A DNA stretch of 63,095 bases, counting the filler, from Octopus bimaculoides (lineage: Eukaryota), in assembly GCF_001194135.2 (NCBI RefSeq). It is 4 parts of 4 records of this genome, joined end to end, with 100 filler letters (N's around TTAATTAATTAA, not from the genome) between each part and the next. Parts side by side here need not be neighbours in the genome. Positions count along the whole stretch, not along the records: positions 1 to 3,026 come from NC_068987.1; positions 3,127 to 26,133 come from NC_068982.1; 2 more parts are not named here. One strand, written 5' to 3'. The first letter of the stretch is position 1. The number at the start of each line of letters is the position of its first letter. Positions 1 through 12,374 of the stretch are shown one piece after another. Below the pieces are notes generated by a model that saw only the letters and a program-made list of their open reading frames with translations, was not told the DNA's origin and did no database searches. The translations under genes were made by a program, and so were the position numbers.

Positions 1-697
1 ATACGAAGCCCACTATACCCATCATGACTACCCGTCTGATAAAGGTACACCAAGCACATGCATCACAACCATATGTGCACAACATAGTGATCTCATATCA
101 AGATAAACAGCGCATGACCTCGCAGGTGGGGCCCAGCTGGAATTTTCTTCAGGTCAAGTAGCCCATCCTGCTCAAAAGGTCCTTGAATAAAGGTTGTTTA
201 AGGATGTTGAGCAAAACACCCATGTTTCCAAAGATGAATTATTCAAACCCCAAAGAATTCCTCCCAACACATGGCTATGATGCTCCCCCACTACTTCTGC
301 TCATGATCAGAGATGCACATATCATCAGCCACAAAGCGACATGCTCAAATGGTTCAGGTCAAACAACTGACAAGCAAATCTGTGGTATTGAGCAGAATAT
401 TTGCTGTAGTCCATCTTTTTATACCAAGACAAAACAATGTACATGATAATACTTCCAATCAAGATTAGAAGCCATGAGAGCCACTGCCTGGTACTGCATC
501 CGGGCATTACTGCATCCGGGCATTACTGCATCCGGGCATTACTGCATCCGGGCATTACTGCATCCGGGCATTACTGCATCCGGGCATTACTGCATCCGGG
601 CATTACTGCATCCGGGCATTACTGCATCCGGACATTACTGCATCCGGGCATTACTGCATCCGGACATTACTGCATCCGGGCATTACTGCATCTAGGC

Positions 698-700
<3 letters not shown>
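1..700. repeat. Unclassified interspersed repeat (copy 1, truncated by the window start), ending at an (ATT)n tract
   Basis: Colinear with 21765-22440, sharing blocks such as acatagtgatct.atatcaagataaaca, ggtcaaacaactgacaagcaaat and gaagccatgagagccactg.ctggtact. No recognisable protein motif. Confidence 0.75.
493..700. repeat. Tandem 16-bp minisatellite (actgcatccgggcatt) x13
   Basis: Directly visible; 208 bp with few variants (cggacatt, ctaggcatt). It explains the repetitive ORFs at 437-845. Confidence 0.95.
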
Positions 701-784
<84 letters not shown>

Positions 785-789
785 TATTA
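701..789. repeat. (TAT)n microsatellite
   Basis: Directly visible. Confidence 0.95.
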
Positions 790-955
790 GCACGCAGTGC
801 AAAATACTTAGCAGCATTTCGTCCGACTTCGTATTCTAAGGTCAAACTTCGCCGAGGTCGAATTTGCCTTTCATTCTTCGGGGTCGATCAATTAAGTATC
901 AGTTACGCACTGGGATCGATGTGGTCGAGTGATCTTCTCCCGCCAAATTTCAATC
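790..955 (+). mobile_element. tRNA-derived SINE, family B (5'-truncated)
   Basis: Shares cttagc.g.atttcgtc, gccgaggtcga.tttgcctttcat and gggtcgat.aa.taagta with 55815-56030 and the reverse complement of 60870-61080. Confidence 0.7.
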
Positions 956-959
956 CTTC

Positions 960-2812
960 ACCGGAGTCTTTAGTTATCTCTCAAGTCACAACAAGGACCT
1001 CAGACAGATAATACTTTCTTTAAGATGTGCATTGTGCCCAATAATGCTGCTTTTTGCAAGACATCAATCTTGCATGGGATTTCTAGTTGCCTTAAGAAAT
1101 TTTGAAGTTTCAATGGGATTGAGCCCAATGCTCCGAACACCACTGGTATCACTTTTACATTACCCTCTCGAATTCCATAATCTTGCCATTTCCACTTTCA
1201 ATTCGGAGTACTTGGTGATTTTTCAACCTCTTTACTTACAAGATTCATGTCATTTGGTATGGCTACATCAATGATCTGAAAGTATTAGTCGCTCTTCGAT
1301 TACACAAACCATCGGAAAATCATAGCCCCAGAATATCGTTACTTTTCCAGCCTCCTCCATAACTTGACTTGGTACATGCTCGTAACAGTTCTCTGTTACT
1401 TCATATTAGTATTTACGACATAAAAGCCAATGAAAATACACACACACTTTATCGTGGCGGCACTTGTATTCTTTTTGTGCAAGGCTCTCACATCCACTTA
1501 CCAAGTGGGTCACATTTTCCACAGTCTTCCACAGAGTCTGCATTTTTGGGTGTCAGAAGTTTTATAGATCTTATACTTCACGGAATTAGTAGCGAGAGCC
1601 TGGTCTAATGCTGCAATGATCAAGCTTTCGGTGGTACCTCGCTCAATCCATGCCCACGATGCTGTATTATTCTTAACGTCCTGTGTATTTCTTTCAAACT
1701 GTCCATGCATTCTCATTTCAAGAAGGTCTTCTTTTCTCTTCTCCTCAGCTCTTTGGTTAAACTCTTCGTTTCCCACCATTTCATCAGCATTTACACCCAT
1801 ATCTTTCGCGGCATATTCCAGCAGGTCTTCATCACTATTTATCAAATACTCGGCAAGCGTTCTCCTTTCTATCCTTATACAATGGTCTATACTAATTAGT
1901 CCTCTGCCACCATTGTTTTGTTTCCTATAGAGTCTGTTTACGTTTGCATTAGGGTGTAGCGTCCCGTGCAGTATCATCAACGTTCTCGTCAGTGTTGATA
2001 TTTCCTCCTTAGTGCATTTGACGATGGACGCACTATATTTAACCACCGCATGCCCTGATATTCATTGCGGTAATCAAATTTTTGGCATTCGGGTTGAATT
2101 TCAACACCATCTTACCCTCTTATGATACACAGGCATTCAACGATACGCAGGCATTCAACTATTCAAGAAAGAGGCATCATATCACATACCTTCTTAAAGT
2201 CAATCCAAGCCACAGACATGTTTGTTTGATGTTTTTTTTACAATGCATCAGAACTGTTTTATCGATGACCAGGTGATTCTTGGTGCCCTGAGAACTCTTC
2301 CTACATCCTTTTTGCTCCCTTGGTAGTATTTCTTCCTTTGCCAGGAAAGTGTATGTCTTTGCCGCACATATTCCAGTGAGTATCTTCCAGATTATGTTTA
2401 GTCATGCTATAGGACGGTAGTTTCCCACAATATTCTCCTTTCTTCTATCTTTCATTACAAGTGTTGTCCTTTCAGTCACCATCCATGCGGGTACTGTACC
2501 TTTCTGGACACACTCATTCATTGGGCTGCTAGTCTTTCATATACCGTGTGGCATCTCTTCAACCAGAAGCCATGAATCCCATCTGGTCCGGGGGGTTTCT
2601 AGTTAGGCATTTTACCCACTTGTTCTTTCACATCACCCGTTATTATGACAATATTCCTTTGTTTTTTTCCTCCTTGTAATTCTGTCTTGATAGTTCCTAT
2701 CCATATTGCATCCCTTTTATGCACCACATTGTTTCCTCACAATCCGCTCCAGAACTCCTTGGCTTGATTTACATCAGGAGCAACATTTCCCCATTGTCTC
2801 CTTCTAACGTTC
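960..2812 (-). mobile_element. Degenerate R4/Dong-clade (restriction-like endonuclease) non-LTR retrotransposon, copy A, internally deleted
   Basis: Minus-strand translation gives KPPGPD, RLYRKQNNGGRGL, TTESLIIAALDQALATN, a CRLC zinc knuckle and the C-terminal KYSELKVEMARLW segment. It abuts (ATT)n at its 5' side. Confidence 0.85.
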
Positions 2813-3026
<214 letters not shown>

Positions 3027-3070
3027 NNNNNNNNNNNNNNNNNNNNNNNNNNNNNNNNNNNNNNNNNNNN

Positions 3071-3082
3071 TTAATTAATTAA
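3071..3082. other. Artificial six-frame stop linker TTAATTAATTAA in a 100-bp gap (44 N + 12 + 44 N)
   Basis: Identical construct at 26178 and 45699; palindromic, with TAA in all three frames. Confidence 0.95.
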
Positions 3083-3126
3083 NNNNNNNNNNNNNNNNNN
3101 NNNNNNNNNNNNNNNNNNNNNNNNNN

Positions 3127-3194
<68 letters not shown>

Positions 3195-3195
<1 letters not shown>

Positions 3196-3298
3196 GGTTT
3201 AGAGTGACATCTTGAGCAAAGATTTGAGAGTGACATCTTGAGCAAAGATTTGAGAGTGACATCTTGAGCAAAGATTTGAGAGTGACATCTGGTGCAAA
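3195..3298 (+). repeat. Four tandem ~26-bp units (gatttgagagtgacatcttgagcaaa) at the 5' junction of copy B
   Basis: Directly visible; the last unit continues into coding-like sequence (DIWCKDKEH). Confidence 0.9.
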
Positions 3299-5600
3299 GA
3301 CAAGGAGCATAAGAAGGATGCTGCATGGTTGCAAGAACTAAAACAAACAGTAGACTGTTCAAAACAGGCAGAACTAGTCATTTCACTTAGGGAAGTGAAG
3401 AAAATCAGCGAAAAAAAAAAAAGAAAAATTGGCGACTGGAAAGAAGGCCTCGGGACCAGATGATGTTTAAGGCTATTGTACCAAAAGATTTCGTGAACGT
3501 CATGCACGAATAGCTGCACCACTCAACACATTGTTAAATGCTGATCAAGTAACACCGGAATGATTGATAATGGGTAGGACAATGCTTTACTTGAAAAAAA
3601 TATCGAAAAAGGCAATACGGTAGACAAATAGAGGCCGATATATTGCTTGCCAGTTATGTGGAAATTATTGGCTGGAATAGTCATAGAGTCAATGTGCGGA
3701 CATGTGGAAATGATGAGTCCTGCCTCATAAGCAGAAGGGTTGCAAGCCTTAGTGCTGGGTTACCAATTTATGAACTCTTGGTAGACGAAACTGTACTTAG
3801 AGACTGAAAGGAAGAAAACTAACTTAGGCATGTCATGATTCGTTTATCGTTAGGCGTACGATATTATGGAATGTATTGCGGTGAATGTTGAGCAATTGAT
3901 TGGAAAGAGTATGGCAAATTGGAGGACAGAAATGACAGCGTATGGAAAGGTTTAGAGACAATAGAAGTCGGGATAGGTATCTTCCAAGGAGGCTTCCTGT
4001 CCCCACTCCTCTTTGTACTGTGCATCATACCACTAACACGGACTCTGAGGAAAGCAATGGATGGGTATGTATTCAAAAGACGTCGACATATGTCAAACAC
4101 TTCTTATTCATTGATGTCTTCAAATTTTATGATAAAGATGAAGCCCAAGTTAGTTCCCTCGTTGATTCGATGTATACTTTCAGTGCTGATATCAGAATGG
4201 AGTTCGGACTGAAAAATTTGGTGTGTTAGTCTTGAAGAGAGACACAATCAAATGCATGGACGGGCTAGAGATAAGGTCGGGGGAAGTTGTCAAGCAGATA
4301 GATGAGACGAGCTATAAGTACTTTGGGATATTGGAAGTGGATAAATTCATGGAGAAAGAAATGACAGAAAACTTTAAGGTACAGTACTTGCACAGACTGT
4401 GACTCATTCTTAAATCGAAATTAAACGGACGGAATAAGATTGAAGCTATCAACACCTGGGTGGCTTCACTCCTTAGATATGGAGCAGGCGTAATAGCAGG
4501 GACAGCAGATGAATTAAACAGCTTAGCCAGAAGGAAGAGGAAGTTACTGACTATATATGAGATGGTCCACCCCAAAATTACAGAGACAGACTATATGTAC
4601 CAAGAAAAAGAAGGGGAAGAGGACTGATTGGATGCGAATACAGCATTAGAGCAGAAGAAAACAACACAGCATGGCATGTAAAACAGGCCACAGAACCACT
4701 ATTATTGGAAGTAATGGAAAATTTCAAAGATAAAGCACTGTACAAGCATTTGAGAAAAATAATGAAGCTTAAAATAGGTGAATAAAGAAAAGAATGCAAG
4801 GACAATTTCATAGGGATGTTGAAGATAAGATAGACAGATGAAAAAGATGACTATGGGTAACTAAAAGTGATTTAAAACCGGAAACGGAGGCTCTAATCTG
4901 AGCTGAAATCACTAAGAACGAATTACATCAAATACAGAATAGACAACGCACCAGAAAGTGATAAGTGCAGAATTTGTGAACAAAATGGTGAAATCGTAAG
5001 GCGTATTACCAGTCAATGTATATAATTAGCCCAGAAAGAATATAAGCGACGTCATGACAATATAGCAAGGATTGTCCATTGGACACATTGCAACAACTAT
5101 GAATTGACAGAGAAGAAATGTTTTATGAACATAACCCCGAAGTTATCATCAAAAATAATAATGCAAATGTCCTATGGGATTTTATGATTCAGTGAATAGG
5201 AAGCCAGACATCGTGTTAATTGAGAAAGAAAGCAAACGACGCTGGATCATAGATGTAGAATGCCCAGCTAACAACAAATTATGCGTTAAGGAAGAAAGAA
5301 AAGTCGATAGATATGACTAGTTAGCTAAGGAGGTTAAGCGATTGTGGTCGATGAAAAAAGTGGCAGTAGTACTACCAATAAGTGTTGGAGCCCTGAGAAG
5401 AGTGAGTACAATTCTTGGAGAAGTACATGGAACGAATAGGGAATGCAATAAAGATAGATGACTTACAGAAAACAGCACTGTTTGAAACCGCTCGAATACT
5501 TCGGATGGTTCTAGAAAAATAAGGGGTGTTACGTCAGTTCACTGGTAGTGAATAGTTGGTATGTAGTTCATCTCCAGCGTTAGAAGCTGTGCAAAGACAA
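3195..5600 (+). mobile_element. Degenerate 5'-truncated R4/Dong-clade element, copy B
   Basis: RT motifs GIFQGGFLSPLLF and HFLFIDVFKFY, KLNGRNKIEAINTW, KKRGRGLIG, a CRIC knuckle, YKRRHDNIARIVHW and an RLE-type DVECP segment. It follows (AAT)n at 3127-3193 and ends in caataataataa. Confidence 0.9.
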
Positions 5601-5899
5601 TAATAATAAATGAATAGTTTTATTTGACTTGCTAAGTAAATTTTATTAACACAATAATAATCATTGTAGTATTGCATCGTTTATAACTTATTATAACAAT
5701 GTTATTTTGTTACTTCTGAAAGAATTAATTGAATTTGGATATATACTATTTATAGTCCTTTATATCACAAAATAATATCAACTGGTAATATTATGCTAAC
5801 CGTTACCTGAAATATAAAAATGGCTTGGAACCTTACCTGGAAAATGCTTTGGAGATCACCAGCGTAAACTTTGTTGTAAAGCTGGCCAAAAATTTGAAA

Positions 5900-6260
5900 C
5901 TAAGAATTTACATTAAGCACCAAAATCTATTATCAAAGTAACTGTTACTGTTGCATGAGAATGCAGGTCCACTACAACCGCTAAACCATTGAAAGATTTG
6001 CAAAGTTTGGGTACCGAGGTGTCTGAACACACTGCATACAGTTCAGATTTTGCCCGTCCAACTATCACGTCTTTGAACAACTCAAACCTCCTTTATGTTG
6101 TCATTGATTTCCTACGGACCAAAGACTGCAGAAAGTGTTAAATAAATGGCTGTGCAACTAAGCAAAAACCTTCATCTTCTATAGAATAATTAAGCTAGCT
6201 TGTTAACCACTAGAAGAAGTGCATGGACATGGCACAAATATATTAATAATAAAATGACAA
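5900..6260 (+). mobile_element. Highly degenerate mariner transposase 3' fragment
   Basis: LLLHENAGP and EHTAYSSDFA segments resemble the HDNA and HPPYSPDLAPSDY motifs. Confidence 0.55.
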
Positions 6261-6974
6261 CAAAACAATGAGACCTTGATATTAGGTAAATAGAGGAATT
6301 TATATGTGTATAGTATAGGACAATCAGTAAGTTGTCATAATGCCGGAGCTATGAGATACGATGCATTTTCGTTGGCTATTTTTACAATATGTAGAGATGT
6401 GTATATGAGCACGTAAATGCACGTATATGTTTTGTGGGCATATGAGCATATATATATGTTTATACATACATGTTTCCGAGGGTGTGTACGTATGTAGACT
6501 TTACGAACGAAGAAGGTTTTATATCTATTGTGAGAATATGGTTGCATCTATTTTTTGTAATGTTAATTTTTTAAATTTTCATCTTTTAGAATTTTTCCTG
6601 TCTATTAGAGTAACTTCCCTTTAATTCAACGTTTTTTTTTTCATAGCGTCTATTCTCAAAATACCCGATTAAAATGCATCATAGCTCTTAACACCGGCAT
6701 TTGAAACTCTGAGTCCAATTATGAAAACTTATTGATTGTCCTATACTATACACACACACATATATACACAACCACACACACACACAAACATACTCACACA
6801 CATAAATATATATATATACTCACACACATAAATATATATATATACAATAGGTATATAATTAGGTATCATAATAATGATACATATATTCCGATTGCCAGAA
6901 TCGAACCCACAAATCAAGGCTAACACGGCTCCTTGCGTATCCGATTCGGTCAAAGTCACACCTATCAATTTCAG

Positions 6975-7046
6975 CCAGATTTTATGAATATATACTTCAA
7001 CTGTCCAATACTACATATAATATTTGTAAACAAACAAGAAGGATTT
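6975..7046 (+). CDS. Candidate exon of an unidentified plus-strand gene
   Basis: tttcag acceptor and gtaagt donor; 72 nt open in phase 1-1 (RFYEYILQLSNTTYNICKQTRRI). No homology recognised. Confidence 0.2.
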
Positions 7047-7427
7047 GTAAGTTACTATCATAGAGCAACAATGGAAGTCTATTTGTACAATAATAATTAT
7101 AAAATAATATATCATAATCTCAGATATAAATGGCAATTTCGGTCCGTGCTGCCCAAAGCAGGGAACGAATATTCACCAAACTTTGTGTACATGTTGAACT
7201 AACATCCAGTTCAATTAAAGATAATTGGATATCAATAAAACTTGATAATATACATACTACGGGGGTCGGGCTAGTACATGATAAAATGAGAGGTGTGTAA
7301 AAGTATAGGGTTCAGGAAAATGTGGCACAATGAGAGTCGCTGATATGAGGGAAGGGTGGAAACGGGAAGAAATAGACACAAAGGAAATGTGAGTAACAGA
7401 GAATAAGAGACAAATATACATCTATCG

Positions 7428-7501
<74 letters not shown>

Positions 7502-8407
7502 NNNNNNNNNNNNNNNNNNNNNNNNNNNNNNNNNNNNNNNNNNNNNNNNNNNNNNNNNNNNNNNNNNNNNNNNNNNNNNNNNNNNNNNNNNNNNNNNNNN
7601 NNNNNNNNNNNNNNNNNNNNNNNNNNNNNNNNNNNNNNNNNNNNNNNNNNNNNNNNNNNNNNNNNNNNNNNNNNNNNNNNNNNNNNNTATATATATATAT
7701 ATATATAACAGAGTTCGTGTGTGTGTGTGCGTATCTCCCTTATGCATTCGAAAACTATGGTGCCGATTATGATATGTGGCATATAAAAATATTCAGGAAT
7801 CTTACGTCTACCAAATAAATTTTATTTTCACTTATATTTTTGTATCAACAAAATTTAACATAATCTTTTCTATAAGTCAGCTATCGGCTATCGTAAATAT
7901 TTTATACCACAACGTTAACGACGACATCACATTAACTATATGAGTTTCTACCTTAAGACAGCAATTTCTCCATTCTTATGAGGTCATTCATTCTCTCTCC
8001 CTCCCTCTCTCACATGTACACGCACACATATATGCAAAACGTTCTATGCGTAAGTATTTATGTATGTGTATAAGAAAGGTGATATATTATTATTGTGATA
8101 TATTATTATATAGTTATTATTATACTAATAGTCTCCCATAGTCGCTCTATGTCCATAATTTACAAAGTCTTCTGGTTTGTTTATAAATATTATATGTAGT
8201 GTATATATATATATATTCAAAGAGTGTGAAAGAGTACACAAAAATATGCATTTCGAACTTTAAAAGGAATAAATGTGTTGACTAACATCAAATGTAGAAG
8301 AAGTATAGCGGAATATATGAATTCTATATCTATCTTACAAATAAGTAATGCATATATATTTACATCATTGGAAGCGTTTCGTGAAAACGATGTTTTTCTT
8401 TTTCTAG

Positions 8408-8604
8408 ATCAAATGGTGGTGACTCATGAAATCCAGATAAACGTCCCAAACAATGACATGGCGTTGCTTATAAGATCTACCGGAAATTTATATGTTGAAA
8501 GGAACGGAATATACCTCGCAAGAATAATTCAATCTAATGGGAAATTTCAAGTGGTGCAGTCCGAATTAAATACAGAAGGAACATATACACACATATTAAA
8601 ATAC
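8408..8604 (+). CDS. Candidate exon of an unidentified plus-strand gene
   Basis: Strong polypyrimidine acceptor tgtttttctttttctag and gtatga donor, inside a 111-codon stop-free non-repetitive frame (QMVVTHEIQINVPNNDMALLIRSTGNLYVERNG...THILKY). Confidence 0.35.
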
Positions 8605-8727
8605 GTATGAACTTCATCCTCTTTCAACCATGAGATTTTCTGCAACTTTCTACTGACCCAGACATAAAGAGGACGCGTATGTTTTCATTTACGCAAGAAG
8701 CACGCGTGCGGGCACATGCACAAAGAA

Positions 8728-8783
<56 letters not shown>

Positions 8784-9022
8784 ACGCACACACACACAAT
8801 TTGTAGTATGATTTCTACTTTCCTCGTTTCCTTCTTCGCGTTCCTCTAGTGTGCAGATTTCTGATTAACTGAAGATTGCATAATCCACCTATAATTTAGA
8901 CTGCCCTGAAAGACTTGCATGATGACATAATTTTATAACTTTTGAACTATCTCTCCAGCCATGCTATATATACAGACACACACGTATATGTGTTTATGTC
9001 TGCCGGTCTGTCTATTGACCTG

Positions 9023-9066
<44 letters not shown>

Positions 9067-9242
9067 CATATAATCAAGCCAAGGACCTATAATCCTCTCA
9101 GGGATGTTTGCATCCTACTTCTCCGGTTTCGGTATCTAAACTGTTTATGTGTGAGAAAAAGAAAATGGAGAGATTGATATATGGACATAAGTTTAGTCAA
9201 AGATATTGAAGTCAATATAATATGAAATACTTTTTCTTACAG

Positions 9243-9273
9243 TCGTTTCTAGATCTTCATGAATATATCGTTG
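9243..9273 (+). CDS. Candidate micro-exon, phase-compatible with 8408-8604
   Basis: tttttcttacag acceptor, SFLDLHEYIV, weak gtattt donor. Confidence 0.15.
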
Positions 9274-9615
9274 GTATTTTATAATAAAATTATTTACATT
9301 AAATCAAAGTTGAAACGCATTGATTTTATAGTAGTTATGGCATTAGTAATTTTAGTTTTTTATATACAATTTTTATCAATTGTATTTCGTAACGTTAAAC
9401 TTTTCGTTTGTTTACATAGTTCTATTGACCATAACTATTGCGCATAAATATGGATGACGCGATATTTTAATATGATTAATTAGAAGATTTTCAAATGTTA
9501 TATTCTTTTTTTGGCTTCCAATATTGTAATAAATGCATGCAAAACTACATGGTGAATATTACCACTCACTCTCCATCACACTCTCTCTACCTATCTGTCT
9601 CTGTCACACTTTCAA

Positions 9616-9657
<42 letters not shown>

Positions 9658-10062
9658 GATATAACACATAGTTGACCCTAAATGCAACACCACCGCCATT
9701 AATAACTATTATGTATTACAAACACATGCGGACAACTATGTCATACATATTTGTTTATATGTATATATATACTCATAACGTTTCTTTTAAAATACATGCG
9801 TTAACAAAACGCGCACACATGAGTCTGTAAAACGCTCGACCAACACATTGGAATGTAACTTCTTTCTGGGAATTCTCCCCTGATGAAATAACCAATTAAC
9901 CAGTTTCAATATAAAAAAATTAATTTAAGTTAATTTAATTCTTCTAATGGAAATAATTGAATATGGAAACGGCTGTAGGGATAAGAATTTCATATTATAT
10001 TGATTTGAATATCTTTGAATAAACTGATGTCTATATATCAATTTCTTCATCTTCTTCTTTTT

Positions 10063-10121
<59 letters not shown>

Positions 10122-10166
10122 NNNNNNNNNNNNNNTGTGTGTATGTGTGTGTGTGTGTGTGCGTGC

Positions 10167-10203
<37 letters not shown>

Positions 10204-11940
10204 CATATATATAAATTTGTCATTGTATGTATGAACATATGCTAGTTGTCTTGGTAGTCTCCACTATGGAGGTTTACTGATGCTAGTAGTGACGAACGTA
10301 TTTGTAAGCTAGAAGCCAATATCATGTTTCAAGGCAGTTCTATTTGTACATAACTTTTCTCGACATCGTTCATGCATCAGGAAGACATATCTGAAATTCT
10401 AGAGGATACACAAAATCGGAAATTCTACATTGAAGGCATGTTTAAATTGTACCTTTTGAATATCAAAGATTTCTCTTCCAATATGTTGGATCATAAAAGC
10501 AATGTCTTGAATCCTTTCCTAGTTCAGCTTACTGATATTGATAAACCGAATGAAACCGCAATTTGGTATATGTAGGGGCTATATATCTAAAAAAATTTTC
10601 TTTTAAATATAGGCACAATAACATCAAATTTTATTAACTCATTCGCAGAACTTTATTTTTCCAAGGTTAGCAACATAAAAGGCATAGTTGACTTTCATGA
10701 TATCGGAACAGAAGTAATTAGGGGTCTTCATGGACGGTCTTGGGATTCAATCAAATTACACTTAGGCTTCAAGGAAATTATCTTCTCTCATCTAGTATAT
10801 ACATATAAGGAACAAGTTTTGATTTGTAATAGGATAATATCAAATACATGCAAAATACGCACACACAAACACACATACACATAAGCAGGTGACCTTATTT
10901 GCACATACTCACGCGTGAATCATTACTATTTTTAAGTGAATTAAGACCATACAGAATTATCCATTCCCTAAGGGCATAAAATTGTGTCCAAGAATTAATG
11001 GATCTGGCTTCCCACATGGCTGGAATCATATTTGAACTGATGTATGCCATACTGTTGTTCCAACCCTACTGAGCTTGCTACTATTCTCGTAAAGGAATTT
11101 TGATCCCTATATAATTTCTATATTAGACTGTAATTCGTGATTTCGTCAGAGAAAGATATTGCATAGAGTAAAAAAACAACCGGATATAAAACAATATGGT
11201 AAACGTCATTATTACACAGATATATATACGTAAGTGCGTATATGTGTTTGTTAATTTCAATTCAGAAGTTTACCTTATTTTTTAAAAGTTTACTATCATT
11301 TACTATTAAAATTGAAATTTAAAAATATATTCCGTAGTTATTTCATAAATTGTAAATGAAAACATTAGATAAGCAAGTGTAAACGTTAATTTAACGATTG
11401 GACGAGTTCCATGAGTCATTTATTCAATTCTTTCATGGTAAGCTTGACTTGAGGAAATTGAAATTTTGATTGAAATGTTTCTATGATTAATAGCCGGCAA
11501 AGAATAATGTATTGTCAGAAATCATCATTTTACATTTATCGAATGCATTTTTGAGTGTATAACCTGTTGTCCGGCAAGCGTATAGACAATGCATATGCGT
11601 AACTAGGGTTTCATTTTGGCACTACATTGCTTTCATTTCGCTATGTCACCATTTCCAGGGAGAAGGAGCTCGGCATAGAAATGCAGCCAGAAAATACAAT
11701 AATTTAATCGGTCATGTATTATAATTTTATGTATATCCCCAAATTACTGGATTAATAAATCAATACCGAAACTTCACTGGTATTTTCTTTTGCCATCGAA
11801 ATTGCGATTGGAAAATTGGCCTGACGGTCTATTTGATTTCGAACGACTTTCCCTAAACTTTTTGTCTATAAAATCGTACCATTCGACCCCAAATGGTTGA
11901 TGATAAAACAACTCTGTGAAATCAAGTTTCATTACCAATT

Positions 11941-12320
11941 ACGAGGTGCATATCAGAAGTTGTGAGACTCTTTCAATGAAAATATTTATTAATTTCAAAG
12001 AAGTATTAATCTTCTTTCTCTTTCAAAGTAAGAGTCACTGACGTCAATGCACTTATAGCACTCCAGTTAGTATGAAGGCTCCATGCCAGTCCCACTAAGA
12101 AAAGGTGTACAGGACCTTTGTAACAGCTTCGTACATGTTTTCAATGTCCTCAAGGCGACTGCCTCTAATGTTGGACTTCAGCAGGGAGAACGACCGGAAA
12201 TCACTGGGAGCAAGGTGTGGAGTGTACGGAAGCTGAGAGACAGTTTTAATTCCCATCTCTGTTAACTTGTCAGGGTAGAACTGTATACTGGTGCATTCTT
12301 CTAGCGTACGTGCTGCCGAC
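11941..12320 (-). mobile_element. Degenerate mariner 3' half
   Basis: The minus strand gives KNAPVYSS, LPYTPHLAPSDFRSFSLLKSNIRGSRLEDIE; a TIR-like tacgaggtgcatatcagaagt lies at 11940. Confidence 0.7.
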
Positions 12321-12374
12321 TCCAGTGGAAGAAGGCCTCAGAATAACGATAAAATAAATAATAAAGGTGATGTA

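Noticed and set aside
437-845. Repetitive ORFs (HYCIRALLHPGITASG repeats, poly-Y, poly-N)
   Set aside because: Translation artefacts of the 16-bp minisatellite and (TAT)n. The array is not CRISPR-like because there are no unique spacers.
6880-6940. tRNA-like T-loop (minus strand gggttcgattct)
   Set aside because: No acceptor stem or D-arm can be folded; at most a SINE remnant
10372-10575. 67-aa plus-strand ORF
   Set aside because: No recognisable motif, and splicing from the 9273 candidate donor hits a stop; the minus strand shows no GNPAT-like peptide
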